DNA of 64,000 bases. Source: Candidatus Hydrothermales bacterium (GTDB taxonomy: Bacteria; Hydrothermota; Hydrothermia; Hydrothermales; JAJRUZ01). A model generated the notes under the pieces. The model was not told where the DNA came from. It made no database searches and saw only the letters and a program-made list of their open reading frames with translations. The stretch spans positions 64,001 to 128,000 of the forward strand of contig JBCNUW010000002.1 in assembly GCA_039630575.1 (NCBI GenBank), written 5' to 3'. A program made the position numbers and the translations under genes. The first letter of the stretch is position 1. The number at the start of each line of letters is the position of its first letter. Shown here one piece after another: positions 21,127 through 31,915 of this stretch.

Positions 21127-21707
21127 GAGATTAGAAAGATTAAAATTGAAAAAATAAGTCCGAATTTTTTGTAAAACAAATTCACCTTTTTAATTTCTTT
21201 TGATAAAAAGTAATTATATAGAATTATTGCGAGGTTAAAAGTTATAAGTGAAAGCAAAAAAGCAATACTTCCATTCACAAAGACATAATGAGTAATACCT
21301 GAAATCCCCCTTTTTACCCATCCTGAAACTTTTAAAATATATACTGCTGTAAGGGCAAACCCTAAAAAGCTAAAATAGGTTGAAAATAGAGGAATTAAAA
21401 TACCTCTTAAATAAGGAATTAATGAGAATCCTATTTCAAAGAAAAGGGCTTCTATCATAACAGCAACAAATTGGCAAAAGAATATTTTTGAATGAAGAAA
21501 TTTAAAAGATAAAGCAATTAAACCAGTTATAATAGATATTCCCTTTTTATCATAAATCTTTCTTGATAGAGTAAGAATTAAAATTCCATAGGCAAAAACA
21601 AAAGGAGATTTCATATTTACATTTAAAATTTTTAAAAGTTCCCATATCAAAACTTCTCCTATTCCCCATAGAGAACCTGCCAGGAGAGAAACACTGATAA
21701 AATTCAT
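21105..21707 (-). CDS. Multi-pass membrane protein (possibly ECF S-component-like)
   Basis: 200 aa with about 6 hydrophobic segments; overlaps the nuoEF start. Confidence 0.6.
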   Translation of the reverse strand: MNFISVSLLAGSLWGIGEVLIWELLKILNVNMKSPFVFAYGILILTLSRKIYDKKGISIITGLIALSFKFLHSKIFFCQFVAVMIEALFFEIGFSLIPYLRGILIPLFSTYFSFLGFALTAVYILKVSGWVKRGISGITHYVFVNGSIAFLLSLITFNLAIILYNYFLSKEIKKVNLFYKKFGLIFSILIFLISWMIINF

Positions 21708-21794
21708 AGAAAAATTATAAAGAAAAAAAAGAAAAAATTAAAAATTTTGTATTTGAAACATGATTCCTAAAAAAAATTTGATTATAATATAAAT

Positions 21795-22142
21795 ATGGAA
21801 TTTGCTTTAACATTTTTAGGTTTTGTCGCAGCTCTTTTAGGGATACTTCTTACATACATATGGAGAGCAAACGGAAAGATACAAAAGAGTATAATGGACA
21901 GCGTGAGGGAAATTATGGGGGCTGTAAAAGAAGTTGCCAATATGCAGAAGATATCTACTGAAATGCATAAAACATCTATTGAGATGCATAAACAATCAAT
22001 TGAGATGCACAAAACATCTATTGAGATGCAGAAGGCTGCGATGGAGATCCTTGAAAGAATTGAAAGGGGACAGGAAAGGATTGCTGAAATGTTACTTAAT
22101 CAAACAAAAATTCTTGAGAGGATAGAAGGTAAGATCAAATAG
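21795..22142 (+). CDS. Small membrane-anchored coiled-coil protein with heptad repeats
   Basis: N-terminal TM helix followed by (S[TI]EM[HQ]Kx)4. Confidence 0.75.
   Translation: MEFALTFLGFVAALLGILLTYIWRANGKIQKSIMDSVREIMGAVKEVANMQKISTEMHKTSIEMHKQSIEMHKTSIEMQKAAMEILERIERGQERIAEMLLNQTKILERIEGKIK
21953..22036 (+). repeat. Four tandem 21-bp repeats
   Basis: atctactgaaatgcataaaac / atctattgagatgcataaaca / atcaattgagatgcacaaaac / atctattgagatgcagaaggc. Confidence 0.9.
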
Positions 22143-22151
22143 ATTTATAGT

Positions 22152-22344
22152 AATTACACAAATCCCTGTAATTCAATTTTTTCTTTTAATTTTTTCAATT
22201 CCTTAACAAATTTAGGATGTTTATGTTCAAATTCCTTAATCAATTTTTCAGCAAAAATTTTGAATTTTTCATCGGTTGTGCGAATTCTTGGAATGACTTT
22301 ATTTACAAGTGCGTCGTCGATATTTCCACCATATTTTATATAAA
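22152..22344 (-). pseudogene. 3' remnant of a second McrB-like ATPase
   Basis: Start-less fragment GGNIDDALVNKVIPRIR...KLKEKIELQGFV* resembles the McrB C-terminus (compare DLAILMKVLPKF...LYTDGY). Confidence 0.45.
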
Positions 22345-22583
22345 TTCAAGATAAATTTCCTTTATATAAAAAATTAATTATTTTTAAAATTAAAATTTCT
22401 GTGGCTTCATTGGGTTTCATCACCAGAGATTTCAATATAACCCTATGTTTGTTATTTTTATCTAAAACCTTTTTAGACTTTTTACCATTTTGAAGATCTT
22501 TTGATTTGATTTTTAATAATTTTTAATTTTTAAATGAAAACATTAAATCGCTGAAAAAGAAAATTCACCTCCCATAACTAATA

Positions 22584-24536
22584 TTATCTTAAAATTTCAA
22601 TTTTCCTTTTATCTTTTTCCCCTTTATCACTATTTAATACTAAAAAATAAATTCCTGATTTTAAAAATTTTGTATTCAATAAATATTTATAAATTCCTTT
22701 GTCAAAATCTCTTTCAAATATTTTCAAAACTTTTGAACCTTTTATATCAAAAATTTCAAGAGTTGCTTTTCTTTTTGACGGGATTGAAAAAGTAATTTCT
22801 GCTATTTGAGAAATTATATTAGGTGAAATTTGAAGAAATCCAAACTTTTTTGAAGAATTTGATATTAATGAAAAATTTGGTGGCAATTTTTCTTCTACTT
22901 TAACAGGCTGAATGCTTATCGCATCTTCAAGGATGAATAAATATAAATCAAGGTCATTACCTGTTATACTTGCATCTTCATTAACATCAACCCATAAGGC
23001 AGCCCATAAATCATAGATTCCATAAGGGGCATTATTAGGGACAATAAATTTTCTTGCTCTTGTGCTTGCACCTATAGGTAAAGTTACAAGCAAGTCATCT
23101 GGTGGGTCATCTATAAAACCTACATTGGGATTATAAAGTGAGGCACCGAGTAAGATGTTCCCATGCATTTTCTCACAATAAGAATAAATGATATAATAAA
23201 TTATAAAAGTATCACCGGGTTCAACTTGGTTTTGTGAAACACTAATTGAATTTATTTTCATTGGACTTGCAATATGCATATTCCCCGGTTCATAATAGTG
23301 GTTTATAATCCATTTCCATAATCTTCCTTGATTATATGCCCATCTTCTTGAACCCCATTGACACATTCCCCTTCCATGCCCATAGCAACTTGTTCCTGCA
23401 CAAACAGGGTCTTCTATACATGGCCAGGTTGTCCCTGTCCCACTATATCCATCACCACATCCACAATTATTATTTTCTGCTGAATATTCTGAACGAGCGT
23501 AGTTAGAATTTTTCTCAAGTAAAATTCCATTTGTTATATAAGCAGCAAGTGTGCAACTTGCATAAATATCATTTCCATCCCATACTTGACAACAGGTATT
23601 ATCACATATATCATAATTTGGACTATAAGGATTTATTACATAATAAGTTCCATAACTTCTATAAGGAATTGCACCAGCTCTTAATGTGTGTTGTCCCCAT
23701 GAGGCAATCCATTCATCATCAAGCCCACTTGATACATAATATTCAAGACTCATGACAACTACATTATAACAGGTCCAGCAACTACAAGGTTTACCCACTC
23801 TTATTGTAGGCGGTGGATCCAAAACAGTTCTTAAAATATTCTCTTCTATTTTACCTTCAAACTCACCTCTAAATTCATCTTTAGAAGGTAGATTTTCACC
23901 TGTCCCTTTTCCTCTTATTTCAGGTATTATTTCCTCGCCTATCCCTTTTTTCATTCTTATTTTTAATATTAAATTTTCTGGAATTAAAAGGATTTCTCTT
24001 TTTAAAGTTTTATAACCTTTAAGATTCAAAATTATCGTATCCCTTGGAACATCTTCAGGAGAAAGGTACTCCTTTTCATGTACTTCTACCCAAAATTCAA
24101 ATATTCCTTTTTCATCTGTTAGAGTTTTTAAATTTTTTCCCTTGAATATAACCTCTACATTTTTTAAAGGATTACCTCTTTCATCCGATACATATCCGCG
24201 GATTCCTGTTAATCCTTCTATTTCAGGAGGGAAAATGTTTTCTTTATTCAAAGGGGAAAGATAAACTATAACTTTTAAATTTTCTTTTGGAGTTATGTAG
24301 AAATAAGTTTCAAGAGGAAGGTAATTTTCTGAATTAAATTGGAAACTGTATTTTCCTTCTGGTAAAGAAAAAACATGTTCCCCTTCTGTTTTTATTTTTA
24401 GTTTTAAATTTCCGTTCTTTAAAACTTTTATCTCACAGGGTATTGAATAACCTGTATAAGCATCTTCTATTTTAAAATGTATTATTCCTTCTGGTTGTTT
24501 TATACCCAAAAAGATTAAAATTAAAGATATACCCAT
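22584..24536 (-). CDS. SpoIID/LytB-domain protein with carboxypeptidase-regulatory-like domains and T9SS-type CTD
   Basis: LEYYV..L.DEW.ASW..LRAGAI..RSY, DICDNTCCQV and GHGRGMCQWG; CTD ISPN...IFDIKGSKV...SGIYFL. Confidence 0.85.
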   Translation of the reverse strand: MGISLILIFLGIKQPEGIIHFKIEDAYTGYSIPCEIKVLKNGNLKLKIKTEGEHVFSLPEGKYSFQFNSENYLPLETYFYITPKENLKVIVYLSPLNKENIFPPEIEGLTGIRGYVSDERGNPLKNVEVIFKGKNLKTLTDEKGIFEFWVEVHEKEYLSPEDVPRDTIILNLKGYKTLKREILLIPENLILKIRMKKGIGEEIIPEIRGKGTGENLPSKDEFRGEFEGKIEENILRTVLDPPPTIRVGKPCSCWTCYNVVVMSLEYYVSSGLDDEWIASWGQHTLRAGAIPYRSYGTYYVINPYSPNYDICDNTCCQVWDGNDIYASCTLAAYITNGILLEKNSNYARSEYSAENNNCGCGDGYSGTGTTWPCIEDPVCAGTSCYGHGRGMCQWGSRRWAYNQGRLWKWIINHYYEPGNMHIASPMKINSISVSQNQVEPGDTFIIYYIIYSYCEKMHGNILLGASLYNPNVGFIDDPPDDLLVTLPIGASTRARKFIVPNNAPYGIYDLWAALWVDVNEDASITGNDLDLYLFILEDAISIQPVKVEEKLPPNFSLISNSSKKFGFLQISPNIISQIAEITFSIPSKRKATLEIFDIKGSKVLKIFERDFDKGIYKYLLNTKFLKSGIYFLVLNSDKGEKDKRKIEILR

Positions 24537-24780
24537 TTTAGCCTCCCCTTTAAAATTTTATTTTATAAGTTTTGTATTTTTCTTTTGCCTTTTCTTCTAT
24601 ATTTGGTTAAACTGTTAAAAAAAAATTTGGTTTTGTATTTGTTCCCCTTTCATAAAATTTTCTTTTCTTTCTAAACCTATAAACATTATCAACTGTCCTT
24701 TTAAGTCTTAAATCTTATAAAAAGTGATTTCTACTTCACTTTTTTAATTCATTTATTACTTAATTTTAATTATAACGGAT

Positions 24781-25314
24781 ATGATCAGACATTTTAAAAT
24801 CCTATCTATCTTAATATCTTTTTTTAACTGTATTATTTGCCCAAAAAATTTGTCCAAGATGTAATAATAAAGAATACTCTAAAGAATTTCAATGGTGTCC
24901 AAAATGTGGAATAAAATTTGAACTTAAAACAATAGAAGCTGATATAAAAATAGAAGGTTCAAGAGTAACAATAACTTCAATTCCTACAGGTGCTGCTGTT
25001 TATATAAATAAGACATATAAAGCAAAAACACCTATTACAATAACACTTCCAAAAGGCAAACATACAGTAAAACTTACCCAAGTTATAAGAGCTTTAAAAG
25101 AAATTTTAATTAAAATATCACAAAAATGGAAAAAAACCTTCGGAGTAGTAATTCAGATGAAGGTTTTTCAATCATTCAGACAGAAGATGGTGGATACGCA
25201 ATAACAGGAGAAACAGAATCTTTTGGTGCTGATTATAGTGATGTATGGGTTATAAAGTTAAAAAGAAACTATTTATTTCTTTATTATAAACAAACAATCT
25301 TGCCACAATTGTAG
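24781..25314 (+). pseudogene. Frameshifted, truncated secreted protein (zinc ribbon, PEGA domain, beta-propeller repeat)
   Basis: ATG 24781; shift in a T run; CPRC..CPKCG and ITSIPTGAAVYIN...KTPITI (PEGA); second shift after WKKTFG into [24 protein letters not shown]. Confidence 0.7.
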
Positions 25315-25574
25315 TAATTTTTATCTCAAGTTTTTAAAATCTATCCTCATCAATTTCATTTTCTTCAAACCCTTTTTACTTTTTTTATTTCTTTGCTCAT
25401 CAAACTTTCAATTTGCTTTCAAATAAATAAGTTTTTCTTCAATTTTTTTATCTACCATCTTTTCCCTCATTTCCTGATCTTAAGCTCTTTAGTAAGTGAT
25501 TTTTAAATAATTCCCCGAATCCTTAACTTGATTAGTTTTGCTATGTCTTTATTTACTCTTTTATACTTAATTAA

Positions 25575-26831
25575 ATGTACAATTTAATTTTTTTCCTTTT
25601 TATTCCTTTTGAAAAATCAACTGTAAAAGTTCATCTCTCGAAAAACTATATCCTTTATAACCTTTACTTTGTAAGAGAAAATGAATTTGAAATCTATAAA
25701 CCATTTTATTTTAACCTAAAGGAGTTTTTGTATTTTAAAAAATTCAAGAATAGAATAACTCCCTATTATATTAGATACGATTGGGATATAGGAATATACA
25801 AAAACTTTCCAAAATACTCTGTTAAGTTCTTTTTTAACCATGTTTGTAATCATGGACTTGACAATGAAGGAAAGGACAGAAGACAGTGGAATCAAATTGG
25901 ATTTAAGTTGTCTTTTAAAAAAGAAAAATTTTATCTTTCTAATTCAATCGGTTATGTAACTTCACCTTTCGGACCAAAAAGAATTCACAACAATTATTAC
26001 TGGATTTTTTCACATATTCTTGCTTATAAAAAGGATTATAAAAAACTTTCAATCATTTTTAAACTTGATCTTACTGGATTCTATACATTAAAATCTTTGG
26101 TATATGAAAAAAACATTAAAATTTATCTTCAAAAAAACGAATTTTATTTTGGAGCCAACAAAGAAGTTAAATATGGTCTTTTAGGAAAAAACGATGAAAA
26201 ATTTGTTTTTCAAAATATTTTTTGGGGCATATTTAAAAATATTGATAACCTTCACTTTCTGTACGGCTATTTTTTAAAAAACATAAAACATAGTTTTTTT
26301 TCAAAAACCCTTGTAAAATATAAAATTTTTAAAAATATAAAAATCTTACTTGACATAGAAACAGTTAGTTTCCCCAAAATGCAAAGACCAAGATTTGACG
26401 ACTTTAAAATAGGCAATGAAATTGAATTAAAAAATTTAAAAATTACCCTTTATCACAGAGAAAGAAGGGATGACAATTTATTTGACGGTAAAACAGAAAA
26501 ATATAAAAAACTTAAAATAAACTTTTTAAATCTATCTTTTGGATTTTCATTCGATAGAAAACACTACCCTTTTTACCTATATACTAACTTATTCTTTGAA
26601 AAAAATCTCTACAAAAATAAAATATTCACTATCAAAAATATATCTTACATAACTTTTTTGATAGGAAAAAAAGAAAAAGGCTTTATTTTTGAAAATGGAC
26701 CCTCTATTTCTATAGTTAAAAATAAAATACTCGGACTTTCATTTCTAATTAGAATAAGCACAGAAAACGTTTTCTATAGCTACAGCTTCTTGGAAAAAAG
26801 AATATTTATATTCACTAATATTTTCAATTAA
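25575..26831 (+). CDS. Hypothetical, probable outer-membrane beta-barrel protein
   Basis: 418 aa, F/Y/K-rich alternating strands; TTGCTA-18-TATACT promoter just upstream. Confidence 0.6.
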   Translation: MYNLIFFLFIPFEKSTVKVHLSKNYILYNLYFVRENEFEIYKPFYFNLKEFLYFKKFKNRITPYYIRYDWDIGIYKNFPKYSVKFFFNHVCNHGLDNEGKDRRQWNQIGFKLSFKKEKFYLSNSIGYVTSPFGPKRIHNNYYWIFSHILAYKKDYKKLSIIFKLDLTGFYTLKSLVYEKNIKIYLQKNEFYFGANKEVKYGLLGKNDEKFVFQNIFWGIFKNIDNLHFLYGYFLKNIKHSFFSKTLVKYKIFKNIKILLDIETVSFPKMQRPRFDDFKIGNEIELKNLKITLYHRERRDDNLFDGKTEKYKKLKINFLNLSFGFSFDRKHYPFYLYTNLFFEKNLYKNKIFTIKNISYITFLIGKKEKGFIFENGPSISIVKNKILGLSFLIRISTENVFYSYSFLEKRIFIFTNIFN

Positions 26832-26886
26832 AATTAAATCACAAATTTGAAAAAAAGAAAAAAAATTTTTTAAAATACAAAACAAC

Positions 26887-29800
26887 ATGAGAAAAATTGG
26901 AATTGACATAGGCAATCTATACCTAAAAGCAGTAAAAGTTGAAGATAATAAAATAAAAGAAAAATTAATGATTTTCCATAAAAAAGAGGTAATTCCCATT
27001 CTAAAGGAATTTCTAAAAGACAAAGATTTTTGTATAGGATTTACAGGCTCTTTTATAAAAGAATATCCTCCAGATTTCCCATACTTTGAGGAAGTGAAAT
27101 CGCTTATCTTCTCAGTCAAAAAACTTTACCCTTTTGTAAAGTATATTTTTGATATAGGAGCAAATTCATCAAAAATTATAGAAATTGATGAAAATGGAAA
27201 TTTAAAAAATATTTACAAAAACTATCTATGTGCTGCAGGAACAGGAACATTCTTTGACCAGCAGATAAAAAGACTTTCCCTATCGTATGAAGAAATTGAA
27301 AATTGGAATATTCCTATAAATAACATTCCCCCAATAGCTTCAAGATGCACAGTCTTTGCAAAAACAGATTTAATTAATAGACAACAGGAAGGATATTCAA
27401 AAAAAGAAATATGGGCAGGCCTATGCAAAAGTCTAAGTAAAGGAATTTTAAATTCTCTCTTAAAAGGGAAAAAGATAGACGGTAAATTAATACTTGCAGG
27501 CGGTTTATCAAAAAACAAATTTTTTGTTAACTATTTAAAAGAAGAGTTAAAAGATTTTTTGATAGAAAGTGAACTATCTCCTTTTCTCGGTGCAATAGGC
27601 GCAGCTTTTTTATCAGATATAAAATTTAACAAAGACTTTATTTTCCATTTAGAAAATTCCTTAAAAGAAAAAAAACATAAAAAAATAAGTAGAGCCCCTC
27701 AACTTACGCTTTTGAAAAGTAAACACATAGAAAAAAAAGATTTTCACGAAGAAGAAATTGACGGTGTTGAAGTAAGAATTTACAACATAAAAGAAAACCA
27801 GGAGTTAAACGTTTATTTTGGTATAGATATAGGATCTACAAGTACAAAATGCGTTTTAATGGATGAAAACTACACAATTCTTATTGATCTTTACACAAGA
27901 ACAAAGGGCGAACCTATCAAAGCTACAAAAAAAATTCTTGAAACAATACTAAAAATTAAAGAAAAATTCAATTTAAAAATAAACATCATCGGCTGCGGAA
28001 CAACAGGCTCTGGCAGAAAAATTGTAGGTGAGTTCATTGGTGCCGATATAATTGTAAATGAAATCACAGCCCATGCAAAAGGCGCTTTAAAAGTTCACAA
28101 AGATGCAGAAGTCATATTTGAAATAGGTGGCCAAGATTCAAAATATATAAGACTTAAAAATGGGAAAGTATATGAATGCAACATGAATTACATCTGCTCA
28201 GCAGGAACTGGCTCATTTATCGAAGAAGAGGCAAACAAATTGGGATTTAATATAAAAGAACTGGGAGATCTGCTAAAAGATATTTCTCCACCCCAAATCG
28301 GTGAAAGATGCACAGTATTCATGGATCAAGACATTGAAAAACTTCTTTCTTTAGGTTTTACAAAAGAAGAGGTTATGGGTGCCTGTATATATTCAATTGC
28401 CCATAATTATTTAAATAAGGTTGTTGGAAAGAAATATATTCCAAAAGGAAAGATAATCTTTCAAGGAGCAACTGCAAGAAATAAAGCCCTTGTTGCCGCC
28501 TTTGAAAAAATATGCGACAGAGAAATTGTTGTCTCCCCATACTCTCATATTATGGGTGCCTATGGAACCGCTATAATCTTAAAGGAAAATTTAAAAGACA
28601 AAACAAAATTTAAAGGATTTGAAATAAAAGATGAAGAAGAAAAAATCTGGTATGAAAATTGTATTCTTTGTGAGAATAAATGTAAAATAACCTATTTAAA
28701 AAGTAAAGACAAAGTTGTTTCTTTCGGCTATCAATGTGGAAGAGAACCCGATGATAATAAAAAGAGAGAAAGAGAAGAAATCTCCCTTTTTAATTTTTAT
28801 AAAAACGAAGCTTTTAAACTCTCCCAATCCAAAAACAATTTAAAAATATATATTCCAAGAATTTTATCCTCCTACTCCTTATTTCCACTTTACAAAACAT
28901 TTCTTGAAAATCTCGGATATAAAGTTTTAGTCTCTAAACACCCAGATAGAGAAAGTATTGAAAAGGGAAAAGAATTATCTTCTTCTGAATTCTGTTTACC
29001 TGTAAAAGTTTCTTTTGGACTTATATCAGAAATTCTTGATAAAGATGCTTTAATATTTTTACCTTGGATAATAAACTATCCTTCAAAAGATAAAGGTTAT
29101 AATTATTTTTGTCCCTATGTGGAATCAGGTGCGGGTTATATTTTTTCAACTTTTAAATCAAAAGGTATAAAGGAAGAAAAATTTTTAACACCTGTATTTG
29201 ATTTTCTTTTCCCGGGAAATTTATACAAGTATTTTGAAAAGTTGGGTATTAATAAAAATAAAGTAAAAAAGGCTTTAAAAGAAGGAATTAAAGCTCAAAA
29301 AATATTTGAAGAAAAAATTAAAAGGGAAAAAGAAAAAATTTTACAAGAGATTAGAGATAAAAATAAAAAATTTATTGTTCTTTTTGGTAGACCTTATATA
29401 ATATTCTGTGATAGTTTAAACCTTTTAATACCTTTAAAGTTTGCAAATATGGGCCTAAAAGTTATCCCTTGGAATTTTCTTGCAGGAGAAGAAAGTGAAA
29501 TTCCAATAAAGAATATGTACTGGTATTATGGAAAAAGAGTAATTGAAGTTGCAGAATTCATAAAGGATAAAGAAAATCTTTTCCCTGTTTATCTTTCCTG
29601 TTTTTCCTGTGGACCTGACTCTTTTTTACTTTCTTATCTTGAAGAAATTTTTAAAGATAAACCCTTTTTAATTCTTGAACTTGATGAGCACGGAGGAGAA
29701 GCAGTATTTCAAACAAGACTTGAAGCCTTTTACGATGTGATAAAAGATTATAAACAGGATAAAAAAATCTTTCATATTTCAAAAGAACTTGAGAGAAAAG

Positions 29801-30954
29801 ATATATATTCAAGAACAATATGGATTCCATCTATGCACCCAGAAGGTGCACGTCTATTTGCTGCAAGCTTTAGGAGGTTTGGACTTAAGGCAAAGGCGCT
29901 TCCCTTATCTGATGAAGAACATCTAAATACCGGAAAGAAGTTCTTAAGAGGTTCTGAATGCCTCCCATGTGCACTTACTCTTGGAACATTTATTTATGAA
30001 ATCAAAAAAGAAGAAAATGATAAACACACACTTTTTATGCCAACTTCAAGTGGTCCATGCAGGTTTGGTCAGTATGCAAATCTTCATAAAATTATATTTG
30101 AAAGAGAAAAAATGGATGTAGAAATACTTTCACCAAATTCCTACAATGCCTATGAAGGTTTACCAAAAGAATTAAGAAAATTTTTGTGGACCACAATACT
30201 AATATTTGATTCACTTTTAAAAGCAAGAAATAGAGTAAGACCTTATGAGAAAAATAAAGGAGAAACAGATAGAATTTATTTTGATTCAATAAACAGGATG
30301 GAAGAGATAATTGAAAGTGGAGAAGATCCTTATTTATGTTTAGAAGAATGTTTTAATAATTTTTCAAAAATAGAAAGAGAAAATGTTAAAAAGCCCCTTG
30401 TAGGTATAGTTGGTGAAATATATGTAAGGTTAGATCCCTTTTCAAATGATGATGTTATTCAATCTGTTGAAAAATGCTCCTGTGAAGCCTGGCTTTCACC
30501 GGTTTCAGAGTGGATATGGTATACTGATTTTACAGCAAGATGGAGAGCAAAAAATAAAAGAAATTTGAAAGAATATTTGATAACACTCTTAAAGAATAGA
30601 TTTTTTAGAGAAATTGAAGAAAAAATTTATGAAATAACAAAAGATGTGATAGGAGATAGAAAAGAGCCTGAAATTGACGAAATTATGAAAAAAGTAGAAG
30701 AATTTATTCCTTATAATTTTGGAACTGAAGCACCTTTAACTATTGGAAGAGCGATTATTTTTAAAGAGCAAGGAGCAAAAGCAGTTATAAATGTCTCTCC
30801 TTTCACTTGTATGCCTGGAAATATTTCTCAAGCCTTTTCTCATTTTATTTCCTCTAAAATAAATATTCCGTTTATAAACATTTTCTATGATGGACAAAAA
30901 GGGAGTAACGAAGACCTTGAAATATTTTTAAGAAATCTTGTTACATCTGAATAA
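26887..30954 (+). CDS. 2-hydroxyacyl-CoA dehydratase activase (two BcrAD_BadFG ATPase domains plus DUF2229-type domains)
   Basis: Two GIDIG ASKHA motifs, CAAGTG and CSAGTG, CTVF, CGPDSF, ELDEH, GPCRFGQY and PFTCMP. Confidence 0.9.
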   Translation: MRKIGIDIGNLYLKAVKVEDNKIKEKLMIFHKKEVIPILKEFLKDKDFCIGFTGSFIKEYPPDFPYFEEVKSLIFSVKKLYPFVKYIFDIGANSSKIIEIDENGNLKNIYKNYLCAAGTGTFFDQQIKRLSLSYEEIENWNIPINNIPPIASRCTVFAKTDLINRQQEGYSKKEIWAGLCKSLSKGILNSLLKGKKIDGKLILAGGLSKNKFFVNYLKEELKDFLIESELSPFLGAIGAAFLSDIKFNKDFIFHLENSLKEKKHKKISRAPQLTLLKSKHIEKKDFHEEEIDGVEVRIYNIKENQELNVYFGIDIGSTSTKCVLMDENYTILIDLYTRTKGEPIKATKKILETILKIKEKFNLKINIIGCGTTGSGRKIVGEFIGADIIVNEITAHAKGALKVHKDAEVIFEIGGQDSKYIRLKNGKVYECNMNYICSAGTGSFIEEEANKLGFNIKELGDLLKDISPPQIGERCTVFMDQDIEKLLSLGFTKEEVMGACIYSIAHNYLNKVVGKKYIPKGKIIFQGATARNKALVAAFEKICDREIVVSPYSHIMGAYGTAIILKENLKDKTKFKGFEIKDEEEKIWYENCILCENKCKITYLKSKDKVVSFGYQCGREPDDNKKREREEISLFNFYKNEAFKLSQSKNNLKIYIPRILSSYSLFPLYKTFLENLGYKVLVSKHPDRESIEKGKELSSSEFCLPVKVSFGLISEILDKDALIFLPWIINYPSKDKGYNYFCPYVESGAGYIFSTFKSKGIKEEKFLTPVFDFLFPGNLYKYFEKLGINKNKVKKALKEGIKAQKIFEEKIKREKEKILQEIRDKNKKFIVLFGRPYIIFCDSLNLLIPLKFANMGLKVIPWNFLAGEESEIPIKNMYWYYGKRVIEVAEFIKDKENLFPVYLSCFSCGPDSFLLSYLEEIFKDKPFLILELDEHGGEAVFQTRLEAFYDVIKDYKQDKKIFHISKELERKDIYSRTIWIPSMHPEGARLFAASFRRFGLKAKALPLSDEEHLNTGKKFLRGSECLPCALTLGTFIYEIKKEENDKHTLFMPTSSGPCRFGQYANLHKIIFEREKMDVEILSPNSYNAYEGLPKELRKFLWTTILIFDSLLKARNRVRPYEKNKGETDRIYFDSINRMEEIIESGEDPYLCLEECFNNFSKIERENVKKPLVGIVGEIYVRLDPFSNDDVIQSVEKCSCEAWLSPVSEWIWYTDFTARWRAKNKRNLKEYLITLLKNRFFREIEEKIYEITKDVIGDRKEPEIDEIMKKVEEFIPYNFGTEAPLTIGRAIIFKEQGAKAVINVSPFTCMPGNISQAFSHFISSKINIPFINIFYDGQKGSNEDLEIFLRNLVTSE

Positions 30955-31915
30955 GTTCTTTATTATAAGCAAATATACTGAAGATTCCACCAGTATGTAA
31001 AAATAAAATTTTTTTAAACTCTTTTGACTCATTCAGCATACCATAAAAAGCTTTACCTGTGTAAACAGGATCTAAGATTATTCCGTAATTTTCTGAAATT
31101 TTCTTAATCAATTCAATTTCTTCTTTATAAGGAATTCCGTATCCTTCACCTATATATCCATCTACAAGTTCAATATCTGAAGGGGATATCTCTATTGGTA
31201 AATTGTATTTTTTAATTGCCTTTTCACATATATCTTCAATTTTTCCTTTAAAGAATTTAATAGAATCACAAACAATGATACCAACAAGCCTTATATCTAA
31301 ATTAAGTAGTTTCTTGCCAATTAAAAGACCTGCATAAGTTCCACCTGATCCAACTGCTAAATATATGGCTTCGATTTTTTCTTTTTTAATAAATTCTTTC
31401 ATTTCATCCATACATTCAACATATCCAAGGCATCCAACTTCATTTGAGGCTCCTTCAGGAATTATGTAAGGTTTTTTATCTTTCTTTTTTAAATCTTCTG
31501 CAACTTCTTCAAGTATTTCATTTATCCTTTCTTTATATTCATTGTAACTTACATACTTTATTTTTGCTCCAAAAAGGTAATCAAGAAGTAAGTTCCCTTG
31601 ATATTCCGTAGGTTCTCCTCTTAAAACAAGATGAACCTCAAAACCTTCTCTTTTACCTGCATAAGCAGTAGCTCTACAGTGGTTTGACTGCAATCCACCA
31701 CAGGTAATTAAAGTATCACATTCTTTTTCTTTAGCATCAAATATAGCATATTCAAGTTTTCTTATTTTATTTCCAGAAGTTATAAGTCCTGTATAGTCAT
31801 CTCTTTTAATATACACTTTAGCATTATTCCATAGATTTTCTAACAATTCTATCTTTGTAGGTTTCCATGCAAGATTTATTTTTCGTTTTTTTAATTTTTC
31901 AAAAATCTTTTTCAT
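30941..31915 (-). CDS. D-cysteine desulfhydrase / ACC deaminase family PLP enzyme
   Basis: KRDD..SGNKIRKLEY, QSNHCRA, LDPVYTGKA and FLHTGG; start moved to ATG 31915. Confidence 0.9.
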   Translation of the reverse strand: MKKIFEKLKKRKINLAWKPTKIELLENLWNNAKVYIKRDDYTGLITSGNKIRKLEYAIFDAKEKECDTLITCGGLQSNHCRATAYAGKREGFEVHLVLRGEPTEYQGNLLLDYLFGAKIKYVSYNEYKERINEILEEVAEDLKKKDKKPYIIPEGASNEVGCLGYVECMDEMKEFIKKEKIEAIYLAVGSGGTYAGLLIGKKLLNLDIRLVGIIVCDSIKFFKGKIEDICEKAIKKYNLPIEISPSDIELVDGYIGEGYGIPYKEEIELIKKISENYGIILDPVYTGKAFYGMLNESKEFKKILFLHTGGIFSIFAYNKELIQM

